A stretch of 64,000 nt of DNA, taken from contig JBDRRP010000139.1 of assembly GCA_043825735.1 (NCBI GenBank), positions 1 through 64,000 on the forward strand, given 5' to 3'. Numbering within the stretch: the stretch's first letter is position 1; every line of letters begins with the position of its first letter. A program made the position numbers and the translations under genes. The notes under the pieces were generated by a model. The model had not been told where the DNA came from. It did not search any database and was given only the letters and a program-made list of their open reading frames with translations. The stretch is from Pseudomonadota bacterium (GTDB taxonomy: Bacteria > Desulfobacterota > Desulfobacteria > Desulfobacterales > JBDRRP01). Below, piece by piece: positions 47,783 through 57,461 of this stretch.

Positions 47783-49291
47783 ATGCTTACCCGTCTTAAG
47801 ATTAACGGTTTTAAAAATTTGGTAGATGTGGATGTAAGGTTCGGCCCTTTCACATGCATTGCTGGCGCGAACGGGGTTGGCAAGTCAAACATGTTTGATG
47901 CAATACGATTTCTTGCAGCTCTATCCGACACAACCCTGCTTAACGCAGCTTTCTCAGTACGTGCGGAGGAAGGCAAGTCCCCAGATATCCGTGGGCTATT
48001 TCACCGTGCTGGCAAAAGCCATTCAGAGCGAATGCGATTTGAAGTTGAGATGATTGTCCCTCCAGAAGCGATAGATGATTTCGGGAAGAAAGGGACCGCT
48101 AAAATCACGTCACTTCGATATCTGCTTGAGCTTGCATACCGAAAACAAGAACCGTCTATGATGACAACGTTAGGGGGTGAACTCGAGATAGTTCGTGAGG
48201 AGTTGACTCATATACAGAAAGGCGCGGCAACCAAACATTTTTTGTTCCCGCACACCTTGCAATGGCGTGATTCTGCTATCACAGGGGCCTGTAGGTCACC
48301 GCTTATATCTACTGTTGGAGGAGAAGGCGGGCGAACATTAATCAAACTCCACCAAGATGGTAACAGGGGACGACCATCTCTCCATCCTGCTGACAATTTG
48401 CCTAGGACTGTGTTGTCTTCAGGGAATGCAAGTGAGAGCCCAACGGTATTATGTGCCAGGCGAGAAATGAGTTCTTGGAAGTTTTTACAATTGGAACCCT
48501 CGGCGCTCAGAAAACCGAGCGATTTCATTAGTCCAACACAAATCGGAACAGATGGTTTGAATTTGCCCAGTACCCTTTACCATCTTGCACGTTTAGCCCC
48601 GGAGCTTGGAATTGCAGCTGATGAAGATGCCGCCTATTGTCAAATTGCTAACAGATTGAGTGAATTAATTGGTAGTGTGGGATCAATCAGAGTAGATCGT
48701 GATGAAAAGCGAGAATTGTTTACTCTAATGCTTAAAGAGCTAAATGGGACAGAGTTGCCGGCAAGAGCTCTTTCAGATGGAACGCTTCGGTTTTTAGCTC
48801 TTGCAGTACTTGAAATGGATGGGCGGAGTGGTGAGGTTTTATGCCTTGAAGAGCCAGAAAACGGGATCCATCCAGAGCGAATTCCAGCAATAATCCGACT
48901 TCTTCAGGACATAAGCAGTGATGCAACAGATACGATTGATCCTACAAATCCATTGCGACAAGTAATAGTGAATACACACTCTCCGGCTGTTGTTAGTGAA
49001 GTCCCGGACGATTCACTGTTGGTGGCCGAGCTGGAAGAATCTGTAATTGGTAATGAAAAAATATCTCAGGCTCGTTTTAGCTGCTTGCCTGATACATGGA
49101 GAATGGATGCGATGGGAAAGCCAAATGTTATTGCTAGGGGAAAACTTCTATCCTATCTGAATCCAAACGCAATTAGTTATGATGGGAAAAGAGAGGGCGG
49201 TGCAGCAAGAGAAGGTGCTGTCAAGCGTAGGCGAAAGGTTCGCGAGCGAGATGACCTGCAACTTCTATTGCCGATGGAGTGCGAACAGTGA
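47783..49291 (+). CDS. ABC/AAA_21-type P-loop ATPase (SMC/RecF-like N-terminus), predicted ATPase subunit of a two-gene defence-like module
   Basis: Walker A AGANGVGKSN (MLTRLKINGFKNL start). Signature and Walker B context ALSDGTLRFLALAVL...VLCLEEPENGIHP. H-loop VNTHSP. Markedly lower G+C than the flanks. Confidence 0.75.
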   Translation: MLTRLKINGFKNLVDVDVRFGPFTCIAGANGVGKSNMFDAIRFLAALSDTTLLNAAFSVRAEEGKSPDIRGLFHRAGKSHSERMRFEVEMIVPPEAIDDFGKKGTAKITSLRYLLELAYRKQEPSMMTTLGGELEIVREELTHIQKGAATKHFLFPHTLQWRDSAITGACRSPLISTVGGEGGRTLIKLHQDGNRGRPSLHPADNLPRTVLSSGNASESPTVLCARREMSSWKFLQLEPSALRKPSDFISPTQIGTDGLNLPSTLYHLARLAPELGIAADEDAAYCQIANRLSELIGSVGSIRVDRDEKRELFTLMLKELNGTELPARALSDGTLRFLALAVLEMDGRSGEVLCLEEPENGIHPERIPAIIRLLQDISSDATDTIDPTNPLRQVIVNTHSPAVVSEVPDDSLLVAELEESVIGNEKISQARFSCLPDTWRMDAMGKPNVIARGKLLSYLNPNAISYDGKREGGAAREGAVKRRRKVRERDDLQLLLPMECEQ

Positions 49292-49923
49292 GTAGTTTTA
49301 GGTTTACTCTTGTTGCCGATGGACCATCAGATAGAGCATTGATGCCCATTCTAAAGAAATTGTGTAGCGATAACATTCTATCACCCATCCGTGGGGAATG
49401 GTTTGACCCTCGGCCCTTGGCTCCTCCCCGAATGGGGCTTAAGGATAGACTGGCGAGAGGCGTTCAGCTTTTCCCTTGCGATTTGTTGTTTGTGCATCGA
49501 GATGCTGAAACGAAAACAATTGCACAGAGGCGTGAAGAAATTAAACTGGCGATTGATGACATAGGGGAAGAGGTACATCGGATTCCTTATGTTTGCATAA
49601 TCCCGGTTAGAATGACTGAGGCTTGGCTAATTCTCGATGAGACAGCTATCCGGTTGGCCGCCGGCAATCCAAATGGCACTATGAGCCTTTTTCTGCCGCC
49701 AATAAATCGAGTGGAAAAGACTCCGGATCCCAAAAAAGTCTTGATAGAAGCGCTAAAGACAGCAAGCGGACTGCCCCCGCGACGCCAAAAGAAGTTGGAT
49801 ATTTCCCACCTCCGTGTTCGCGTCGCTGAATTGATAACGAACTACGAATTGTTGCAGCGTCTTTCAGCTTTCCGCGAGGTGGAGCGGAGCGTAAGGCAAT
49901 TTGCAAGTCAATGGAAAGCTTAA
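49279..49923 (+). CDS. small acidic partner protein with Toprim-like motifs (DUF4276/RloB-like), predicted nuclease/effector subunit
   Basis: Overlaps the ATPase gene by 13 nt. Acidic conserved positions TLVADGPSD, FVHRDAET, RMTEAWLILDE. About 214 aa. Confidence 0.55.
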   Translation: MRTVSSFRFTLVADGPSDRALMPILKKLCSDNILSPIRGEWFDPRPLAPPRMGLKDRLARGVQLFPCDLLFVHRDAETKTIAQRREEIKLAIDDIGEEVHRIPYVCIIPVRMTEAWLILDETAIRLAAGNPNGTMSLFLPPINRVEKTPDPKKVLIEALKTASGLPPRRQKKLDISHLRVRVAELITNYELLQRLSAFREVERSVRQFASQWKA

Positions 49924-49963
49924 GTAGAATAGATTCCATACAAAGTAAGAATCGGTAGGCGCA

Positions 49964-51268
49964 TCACCGTATCAGATCGGGCAGAAAGGTCACCACTGCG
50001 GGAAAGGCCATCATGATCAAAAGGCAGATCAGGTAGGCCGGCAGAAACCAGGCCACGCCGCGAAAGACGTCTTCCAGAGGCACGTCCCGGGCCATGCCGC
50101 CCACGACGAAGGTGGTGGCCCCCACCGGAGGGGTGACCGCCCCCAGGGTCGTTACCACCGTGATGGTCACGCCGAACCATATGGGATCGTAGCCCAGTTT
50201 GCTGGCCACCGGAAAGAAGATGGGGATGGTGATCAGCAGCAGGGCCAGGGCGTCCATCACCGCGCCGCCGATGATGAAGATGGTGAAGATGATTGCCATG
50301 ATCACCATCGGCGGGACCGGCAGCCCGACGACCCAGGTGGCAATGTCGTAGGGGATCCGGGTGACGGCCAGAAAGCGGCCGAATATCACGGCGCCGGCGA
50401 CGATCATGATTACCATGCACGAGATCCGCAGGGTCTCTTCCATGGCGGCCACTAGCCCTTTCAGGCTCAGGCGCCGCTGAACCGCGCCGATGAGCACGGC
50501 GAAAAAGGACCCGGCTGCGCCGGCTTCCGCCGGTGTAAAAAATCCCAGCGACAGCCCGAGCATCACCAGACCGAAGAGAAGGATCATTTCCATCGCACCG
50601 GTGAGGGACCGGATCTTATCCCGCAACGAGGCCCGGGGGCCGGCCGGTCCCCAGTCCGGGTGGATGCGGCAGATCACGGCCACCGAGAGCACCATCAGCA
50701 GGGCGAGAAGCCCTCCGGCACCGATGCCGCCGTAGAACAGACGGGCAATGGACTGCTCGGTGGACAGGCCGATGACGATCAGCACCACGCTGGGGGGGAT
50801 CACCACCCCCAGCGTCGATCCGCAGGCGATGGCCCCGGTGCCCAGTTTGGGGTTGTAGCGGTATTTTTTCATCTCCGGCAGGGCCACGGTGGTCATGGTG
50901 GCTGCCGTGGCTGCGTTTGACCCGCAGATGGCGGCAAAAGCGGCGCAGGCCATAACGGTGGCCATGGCCAGACCGCCGCGGATATGGCCCACCCACTGGT
51001 AGGCCGCCCGGTAGAGTTTTTCGTTGACGCCGCTGTGAAAGGCGATCTGACCCATGAGAATGAACAGCGGAATCACCGTGAGGCCGTATTTGGAGAAGGT
51101 TTCCCACAGGGCGGTGCCCAGCATGTTGAGCGCTGCCGGCAGGGAGATGATGTACCAGAAGCCGGCAAAGCCCACCATGGCCATGGCAAAGCCCACCGGT
51201 GTGCCGAGAAAGAACAGGATGAACAGCAGCGCCGCGATGCCGATGCCGCCGATGGCCGCCAGACTCAT
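49964..51268 (-). CDS. dctM: TRAP transporter large permease subunit
   Basis: Start MSLAAIGGIGIAALLFILFF. About 434 aa with multi-TM DctM-like sequence. The ORF-track 5' extension is non-coding-like. Confidence 0.85.
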   Translation of the reverse strand: MSLAAIGGIGIAALLFILFFLGTPVGFAMAMVGFAGFWYIISLPAALNMLGTALWETFSKYGLTVIPLFILMGQIAFHSGVNEKLYRAAYQWVGHIRGGLAMATVMACAAFAAICGSNAATAATMTTVALPEMKKYRYNPKLGTGAIACGSTLGVVIPPSVVLIVIGLSTEQSIARLFYGGIGAGGLLALLMVLSVAVICRIHPDWGPAGPRASLRDKIRSLTGAMEMILLFGLVMLGLSLGFFTPAEAGAAGSFFAVLIGAVQRRLSLKGLVAAMEETLRISCMVIMIVAGAVIFGRFLAVTRIPYDIATWVVGLPVPPMVIMAIIFTIFIIGGAVMDALALLLITIPIFFPVASKLGYDPIWFGVTITVVTTLGAVTPPVGATTFVVGGMARDVPLEDVFRGVAWFLPAYLICLLIMMAFPAVVTFLPDLIR

Positions 51269-51759
51269 TTCGGCGCCTTTCCGGCCCGCGCCCGCAGAAG
51301 ACCGACCAGGTCCGCCGCCATCACCAGGGCCAGAAATGCGCAGCCCATCGCCACGGCGATGGTGAAGGGGTAGTAAATGATTCTCAGTGTTTCGGTAATC
51401 TCGCCGCTGCGCATGAGCACCAGCGCTTTGAGCGTCAGCTGCCATGCGGCCAGGCCGAAAAAGATGGTGCAGGCGCCGTTGTTGATCACCTGCAGCAGGC
51501 GCCGCAGACCGGGTCTGAAGGTGTTGACCAGGACGTCCACGGCGATGTGACCGCGCTGCATCCGGGTGTGGCCGAGGGCGAAGGCCGTTGCCACGGCGCA
51601 AAAAAGACCCATCAATTCATAGGCTCCCGGGATCGGCTTCCATACGGCGCGAAGAAATATGTTGGCGCAGGTGAGCAGGCACATGGCCGCAAGGCAAAGT
51701 CCGGCCAGCACCAGCAGCAGGCGGTTGGTTTTTTCAATGGGTTTCAAATGGTGCTCCAT
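51265..51759 (-). CDS. dctQ: TRAP transporter small permease subunit
   Basis: 164 aa with four TM helices. An ATGA overlap with dctM. Confidence 0.75.
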   Translation of the reverse strand: MEHHLKPIEKTNRLLLVLAGLCLAAMCLLTCANIFLRAVWKPIPGAYELMGLFCAVATAFALGHTRMQRGHIAVDVLVNTFRPGLRRLLQVINNGACTIFFGLAAWQLTLKALVLMRSGEITETLRIIYYPFTIAVAMGCAFLALVMAADLVGLLRARAGKAPK

Positions 51760-51811
51760 GCCGGCGCCGGCCGCCCGTGGGCGGCCGCGGCGCCAGCGAC
51801 GTTTTGGGCGG

Positions 51812-52834
51812 CTATCGGGTATGCTTGGCGATACTGGCTTTGATGTCGGCCAGGATCTGGTCGCCGGCAAGCCCCTTTTCGGTGGCGGTTGTTTTCCACG
51901 CGTCGATCATGGGCGTCAGTTTGGCGTCCCAGCGCGCCTTCTCGGTTTTGTCCAGGGTGATGAATTCCACATGGTGGGTTTTTTTGGACCATTCGATGGC
52001 TTCGGTGACATGGTTGTCCATGTAGGTGCCGGTCCATTCGCTCTGCTCGGCGATGAGCGCGTCCATGACCGCCTTTACATCGGCCGGCAGGCTGTTCCAG
52101 CGCTCCAGGTTCATCACTACGGCAAACGGGTAGATGACCGTGTCGGTCATGGTGGCGAAGGGGCACATTTCCGCAAATTTGAAGTCTTTCATGACTTCGA
52201 GTGAAGACAGCAGCCCCTTGACCACCCCCTTTTGCAGCGCCTCGGGCGTGGCCGGCATGGGCATGCCTACCGGGTTGGCGCCCCAGGCGGAAAGGACCTG
52301 CGCGGCCGGCCCGGAAGCCCGAAGATCAAGCCCTGTCAGGTCTTCGAGCTTGCGAACGGGTACCTTGGACATGATGTTGGCCGGCGCGGTTGTGAACATG
52401 GCCAGCACCTTGACCTTGGCAAAGGCCTCGGGCTGATATTTTTTGTAGATATCGAGCAGCACCAGGCTCCCCACCCGTGAATCGGGGATGCCCACCGGCA
52501 GCCCGGTGGCGTTGGTGAGGACGAACCGGCCCGGCTGGTAGGCCATGGACAGGCAGCCGATGTCGGCCTGCCCGGCAATGACGCCATCGATCATGTCCTT
52601 GGCCCCCAGAAGCGTGCCGCCGGGATAGGTGTTCACCGCCACCGCGCCGCCGGTGCGCTTTTCCACTTCCGTTTTCCAGCGCTCCATCTGAACGCAGGGA
52701 AAGGTCGGTGCCGGCGGGAAATTGGCATAGCTGAGGGTGATGGGGCCGGCCTGGACCGGCGCTGCCGGAACCAGGGCCAGCGCCAGTGTGAGCATCGTTA
52801 TGGCCAGTGGGGCGAACACGGTGCGCAGTTTCAT
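51812..52834 (-). CDS. dctP: TRAP transporter substrate-binding protein
   Basis: Signal peptide and the size and lipophilic pattern of DctP-family solute-binding proteins. Confidence 0.75.
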   Translation of the reverse strand: MKLRTVFAPLAITMLTLALALVPAAPVQAGPITLSYANFPPAPTFPCVQMERWKTEVEKRTGGAVAVNTYPGGTLLGAKDMIDGVIAGQADIGCLSMAYQPGRFVLTNATGLPVGIPDSRVGSLVLLDIYKKYQPEAFAKVKVLAMFTTAPANIMSKVPVRKLEDLTGLDLRASGPAAQVLSAWGANPVGMPMPATPEALQKGVVKGLLSSLEVMKDFKFAEMCPFATMTDTVIYPFAVVMNLERWNSLPADVKAVMDALIAEQSEWTGTYMDNHVTEAIEWSKKTHHVEFITLDKTEKARWDAKLTPMIDAWKTTATEKGLAGDQILADIKASIAKHTR

Positions 52835-52895
52835 GGCTATTCTCCTGTGGCGAAAACGGGTTGCTGTTGTCAGCGGTCGCGGCCTGAAGGCAGTA

Positions 52896-54197
52896 TCAGG
52901 CCCCCGCAGTGTTGCCGTTGCGATGATCGAAGACGCGTTTGCTTTTTCTTTCGGTTCGCGGAAGGCTTCCGGGATCCACGATGGAAACCTGGGCCCGCAC
53001 CAGGACCTTGCGGCGGATGTCGGCGGCTATTTTTTCGGCCAGGGCGCCGTCGTCTTCAGAGCCGGCATCGTTGCCGCGCTCGACGATGACATGCATCGTG
53101 TCCCGGCCGTCGTCCCGGTGCCGCAGATGGATCTGGAATTCGCACCCGACACAGGGCGCGGCGCTCAGGACATGGTCGATCTGGCTCGGGTAGATGTTCA
53201 CCGCCCGGTAGATGAACATGTCGTCGGTGCGGCCCTGGATCCGGTCGTGGCGCGGCAGGGCCAGCCCGCAGTCGCAGGCGCCTGGGATCAGCCGGGTGAT
53301 GTCGTGGGTCCGGTAGCGGATCAGCGGACTGCCTTCTTTGACCAGGGTGGTCACGACCAGCTCTCCCAACTCGCCGGGCGCTACCGGCTTAAGACTTTCC
53401 GGATCGAGGATCTCGAAAATGAACAGATCTGCCCAGTAGTGGATCCCCTGGTGCCGGTGGCAGTCAAGACCGGTGCCTGGGCCGTAGAGTTCGGTGAGTC
53501 CATAGATGTCGAAGATGTGCTCGCAGCCCATCAGTTCGGCAATGCGCTGGCGCATGGCGTCGCTGCAGCGCTCGGCGCCCAGAATGATTTTTTTCACCCG
53601 GATCTGGTCCACCAGATTGCGTTTGTGGATTTCTTCGGCCATCAGCAAGGCCATGGACGCGGTGGAGCAAAACACGGTAGTGCCCATGTCCACCATCATC
53701 TCGCAGTGCATGTCGGCCATGGCCGGGCCCACCGGTACGGCCATGGCGCCGAAGCGCTCACAGCCTGCCTGGAAGCCCGCCCCGGCGGTCCACAGCCCGT
53801 AGCCCACGGCGATCTGGACCCTGTCCTCGGTGCTCAGACCGGCCAACTCGTAGCAGCGGGCGAACATGTCCCGCCAGACGTCGATGTCCTTCTGGGTGTA
53901 GCACAGTACTTTGCGTTTGCCGGTCGTTCCTGACGAGGCATGAATCCGGACGATTTTTTCAAACGGCACCGCCCGCAGGGGAAAGGGGTAGCCGGCCTGG
54001 AGCGCCCCGGTGTCGAGCAGCGGCAGGCGGGTGAGGTCGTCCAGGCTTTGAATGTCGTCGGGGTGGACGCCGGCGGCGTTGAGCGTCTCCCGGTAGTACG
54101 GCGCATTGTCCCAGGCGTGGCGCACGGTCCAGCGCAGCCCGGCCAGTTGGATGTCCCGGATGCGCGCCTCAGTGAGCCCTTCCGGAAAGAAAGACAT
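52896..54197 (-). CDS. paaK: phenylacetate-CoA ligase family protein
   Basis: SSGTTGKRK (AMP-binding P-loop-like), YGLTE and GRTDDMF. AAGGAG RBS before MSFFPEG. Confidence 0.85.
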   Translation of the reverse strand: MSFFPEGLTEARIRDIQLAGLRWTVRHAWDNAPYYRETLNAAGVHPDDIQSLDDLTRLPLLDTGALQAGYPFPLRAVPFEKIVRIHASSGTTGKRKVLCYTQKDIDVWRDMFARCYELAGLSTEDRVQIAVGYGLWTAGAGFQAGCERFGAMAVPVGPAMADMHCEMMVDMGTTVFCSTASMALLMAEEIHKRNLVDQIRVKKIILGAERCSDAMRQRIAELMGCEHIFDIYGLTELYGPGTGLDCHRHQGIHYWADLFIFEILDPESLKPVAPGELGELVVTTLVKEGSPLIRYRTHDITRLIPGACDCGLALPRHDRIQGRTDDMFIYRAVNIYPSQIDHVLSAAPCVGCEFQIHLRHRDDGRDTMHVIVERGNDAGSEDDGALAEKIAADIRRKVLVRAQVSIVDPGSLPRTERKSKRVFDHRNGNTAGA

Positions 54198-54276
54198 AAT
54201 CCGCTCCTTGGTATAATTGGTGAACCCGTTTATCAATGGATCTCAAGTTTGATGGCCATTTAAAAGGCCTGAACTC

Positions 54277-54364
54277 ACCACAGAGGACGCAGAGGACGCA
54301 GAGAACGCAGAGGTAACCCACTATTATTATACACATTATCTGCTATTCTCTGCGCTCTCTGCGG
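54277..54364. repeat. heptamer-repeat hairpin element, CGCAGAG type, inside the paaK-iorB intergenic region
   Basis: Left arm caccacagaggacgcagaggacgcagagaacgcagagg, an A/T-rich loop, then ctctgcgctctctgcgg. Confidence 0.75.
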
Positions 54365-54378
54365 TTCAATATCACTGG

Positions 54379-54951
54379 TCATTGCTTTAGGTCGCCGGTG
54401 GCGGCGTCAAAACCGCAGGCAACGGCGGCCAGGGCGTCGCGCAGCAGTTCAGGCCGTCGGGCCAGATGCCGGTGGATGACTGCGTCGATGTCTTCTTTGC
54501 CGCAAAACAAGCCTGCGTGACCGTCTCCGGCAAAAAGCCCCAGAGCATACCCCAGCACGATCAGGTTCACCGCGCGCAGCTGCCCCAACCCTCTGGCCAG
54601 CGACTCGGCATCGATGCCGGAGCATCCTTTGGCTGTCGCCACAGGCACTGCGCCATGATTGACGACGGTCCAGCCGCCGGGTTTCAGGTAGGCGCCGTGC
54701 TGGGCCAGGGTTTCGGCTTTGAGTGAGAGCAGGCCGTCCGCCTGCCCCGGCCGGATCAGCGGACTATAAAAGGCCCCCACCTTGAGGTGGCTGAGTACGG
54801 TGCCGCCGCGCTGAGCCATGCCATGGGTTTCAGCGGTGAATACCGGCAGGCCCTTATCCATCGCCGCTTCGGCCAGAAGGCGGGTCACGAACAGGACCCC
54901 CTGGCCGCCGAGGCCGCTGATCACAATCTGCTGATGAAGCGATCCGTTCAT
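54379..54951 (-). CDS. iorB: indolepyruvate ferredoxin oxidoreductase subunit beta
   Basis: ISGLGGQGV and a pyruvate/ketoisovalerate oxidoreductase gamma-like domain. Confidence 0.8.
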   Translation of the reverse strand: MNGSLHQQIVISGLGGQGVLFVTRLLAEAAMDKGLPVFTAETHGMAQRGGTVLSHLKVGAFYSPLIRPGQADGLLSLKAETLAQHGAYLKPGGWTVVNHGAVPVATAKGCSGIDAESLARGLGQLRAVNLIVLGYALGLFAGDGHAGLFCGKEDIDAVIHRHLARRPELLRDALAAVACGFDAATGDLKQ

Positions 54952-56786
54952 GACTGGGCCTCCCGGTGATCCGCCGTTTCAAGTGAGTGCTTCGGGCACA
55001 CGGACAGGCAAACCCCGCACCCGATGCACAGCAGCGGATCGATCATTACCCGCTGGGCCATTTTATCGAGCACGAGCGCCGGGCATTCGAAGTGATCGAC
55101 ACAATACCCGCAGCCATCGCAGTTTTCTGAAACGGTGACCGTCACCGGCGCCGGTGTTTCACCGCGCCGCCGGCTGTCGAGAATGCAGGGGTGCCGGGCG
55201 ATGACCACGGCCGGTCCCGAGCGGCAGCTTTCAGACAGCGCTTCCTTCAAAAGGCCGATGAAATCATCGAGATGGTAGGGATCACCGGTGCGGCAGAAAC
55301 GGACCCCGCATCCGGTCACCAGCGATGCAATGTCGACCTGGCCAAGGGATTCGCCGCGGATCCCGACGCCGGAAGACGGGGTCGGCTGGTTGCCGGTCAT
55401 GGCCGTGGTCCGGTTGTCCAGGATGACGAGCACGAACGCGACGTTCTGAACCACGGCGTCGATGAGTGCGGGTACACCAGCGTGGAAGAAGGTCGAATCA
55501 CCGATGGTCGCGACCACGGGCGGCGGTTTTTCCAGGTGCTTGTGGGCATGGTAGAACCCGGCTGCCTGGCTGATGGCGGCGCCCATGCACAACACCGTAT
55601 CCACCGCCCCGAGGTTCAACCCGAGGGTGTAGCATCCGATATCGCTGGTGTAGATTCCTTTTGGCGCGGCTTTTTTGATCGCATAAAAGCTGGCGCGGTG
55701 AGGGCACCCGGCGCACAGTGTGGGCCGTCGGCCGGGCGCGGCGGGCAGCTGCGGGATATCGCACTGAATGCCTGCAAAGTCGGCCACGATGCGTGCGATG
55801 GTCTCCGGCAGCAGTTCTCCCACCCGAGGGACGGTGCCCGTCAACTTGCCCCGGGTCCGGTGGCGGTCGGCAATCTGCATTTCCATGACCCCGGTGGTCT
55901 CTTCGATGACCAGAATCCGCTCGTAGGTGGCGATCAGCCGTTCAACGAATTCGGTGTGCAGGGGAAACGGCTGAAGCACCTGATAAAACGGAATGCGCGT
56001 CCAGACACCCAGGGCGGTCATCACCTCGCGCGCGTGGGCCGCCGCCGCCCCCGATGCGATGACGGCCAGCGGGCCGGTGGCTTCCGGGTTGGCCGCCACA
56101 GGCGCAGTGGCGCCATCAGCGGCGATGGCGGCCAGTTTTTCCTCCAGCTCTCCGTGAAGCTTGAAGCGAAACTTGGGTGTTGCCGCCCATCGCAGCGGGT
56201 CTTTTTCGAACTTCGGTAAGCGGTCGACCTGGGGGATGGTCCCGGGGGTGATGTCCTGACGGCAGTGGCAGACGCGGGTGGTCGGCCGCAGCATCACCGG
56301 GATTTTGTACCGCTCGGACAGGTCAAAAGCGGCCCGTGCCATCTCCCGGGCCTGTTTCGGATCCGCCGGGTCGAGCACCGGGATCTTGGCCATCATGGCC
56401 CACAAGCGGCTGTCCTGTTCGGTCTGGGACGAGTGGGGGCCGGGGTCATCGGCGCTGATGACGACAAACCCGCCGGCCGTGCCCATGTAGGCGGCGCTCA
56501 TCAGCGGGTCGGACGCCACGTTGAGGCCCACCTGCTTCATGCTCACAGCGGCCCGAAGGCCGCTCTGCGCGGCGGCATAGGCGATTTCCAGGGCGACTTT
56601 TTCGTTGACGGCCCATTGGATGTGGATCGGATCTTTCCGCTGCCCGGCAAAACGGGCCACGGCCCCGAGAATTTCGGAGGCCGGCGTTCCCGGGTAGGAC
56701 GTCACCATCTGGCAGCCGCCCTCGATCAAGCCGAGGGCGATGGCTTCGTTTCCCATCATCAATTGTTTTCGCGCGTCATCTGACAC
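54948..56786 (-). CDS. iorA: indolepyruvate ferredoxin oxidoreductase subunit alpha
   Basis: TPP-binding GDS..FHAG region and the C-terminal ferredoxin CDGCGYCVDHFECPA...CIGCGVCLSVCP. Start chosen at a GTG after a GGGGAG RBS. The first ATG of the ORF track (56861) gives an implausible N-terminus. Confidence 0.8.
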   Translation of the reverse strand: MSDDARKQLMMGNEAIALGLIEGGCQMVTSYPGTPASEILGAVARFAGQRKDPIHIQWAVNEKVALEIAYAAAQSGLRAAVSMKQVGLNVASDPLMSAAYMGTAGGFVVISADDPGPHSSQTEQDSRLWAMMAKIPVLDPADPKQAREMARAAFDLSERYKIPVMLRPTTRVCHCRQDITPGTIPQVDRLPKFEKDPLRWAATPKFRFKLHGELEEKLAAIAADGATAPVAANPEATGPLAVIASGAAAAHAREVMTALGVWTRIPFYQVLQPFPLHTEFVERLIATYERILVIEETTGVMEMQIADRHRTRGKLTGTVPRVGELLPETIARIVADFAGIQCDIPQLPAAPGRRPTLCAGCPHRASFYAIKKAAPKGIYTSDIGCYTLGLNLGAVDTVLCMGAAISQAAGFYHAHKHLEKPPPVVATIGDSTFFHAGVPALIDAVVQNVAFVLVILDNRTTAMTGNQPTPSSGVGIRGESLGQVDIASLVTGCGVRFCRTGDPYHLDDFIGLLKEALSESCRSGPAVVIARHPCILDSRRRGETPAPVTVTVSENCDGCGYCVDHFECPALVLDKMAQRVMIDPLLCIGCGVCLSVCPKHSLETADHREAQS

Positions 56787-56968
56787 CGCTGGTCTCCCCG
56801 TATTCCTGAATGCCAAACGGCCGGCGCCTCGGTAGGTCGCCGGCCGCGAACGAGTGCCCATTCACCATTTGTAAACGGACACTAACTGAAAAGGGCGGTA
56901 AGCTGCCCCTGCGGTGTTGCCGGAGCTCCTCACAGCCCTTCAATCGTCGACTGCTCAATTGATTCTCA

Positions 56969-57003
56969 GCGGGTGGTGGCCGCTTAACGCTGCCACCACC
57001 GCC
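56969..57003 (-). terminator. stem-loop downstream of the small ABM-like gene
   Basis: gggtggtggc / gccaccacc inverted repeat. Confidence 0.35.
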
Positions 57004-57161
57004 CCTGTAACTGATTCACGGGCCGCGTCTTTCACCTTATGCGTAAACGCTTTGGCTCATATCTGAAAGGCCCATGCCTGTCAAGACAACCTGACCGAAC
57101 GCATGTCGCCGGACAAGGCGCCGTGAGGCGCGTCCCCGGTGAGTCGGGAAATGGCAGGCGC

Positions 57162-57461
57162 TCAGTGGGGGTACGCGCCCATTTCGTAGATTTCGTACTC
57201 CGTATCCCCATCCAGGTATTCACTGATTTTTTCGTTGACCTCCCGTCGCTCTGGGCTGTTTTTCCAAATATTCCACTCTTTGGCCGAGCGCCAGTTCGAG
57301 GCCACGACCACGCGATAGGGATCCTTGGCATCCCACAGTGTTTCTGCAGAAATGTAGCCCTCCTGATTGATGGCGCCGTACCGGTGTTTTTTGATCATTT
57401 CATTGATCTCATTGAAATATTTTTCTTTGAAGCGCCTTTTGATGAGAACCTTGACTGGCAT
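57162..57461 (-). CDS. small ABM-like (Dabb/antibiotic biosynthesis monooxygenase fold) protein
   Basis: 99 aa. Weak pattern resemblance to ABM. Confidence 0.4.
   Translation of the reverse strand: MPVKVLIKRRFKEKYFNEINEMIKKHRYGAINQEGYISAETLWDAKDPYRVVVASNWRSAKEWNIWKNSPERREVNEKISEYLDGDTEYEIYEMGAYPH

Noticed and set aside
49964-51601. 5' extensions of the dctM and dctQ ORFs in the ORF track (545 aa and 201 aa)
   Set aside because: The N-terminal extensions are Arg/Gly/Pro-rich nonsense. Internal Met starts give canonical DctM (434 aa) and DctQ (164 aa) with an ATGA overlap.
51744-52204. Overlapping plus and minus ORFs between dctQ and dctP
   Set aside because: They overlap the dctQ 5' end and the dctP 3' end. 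Composition is non-coding-like.
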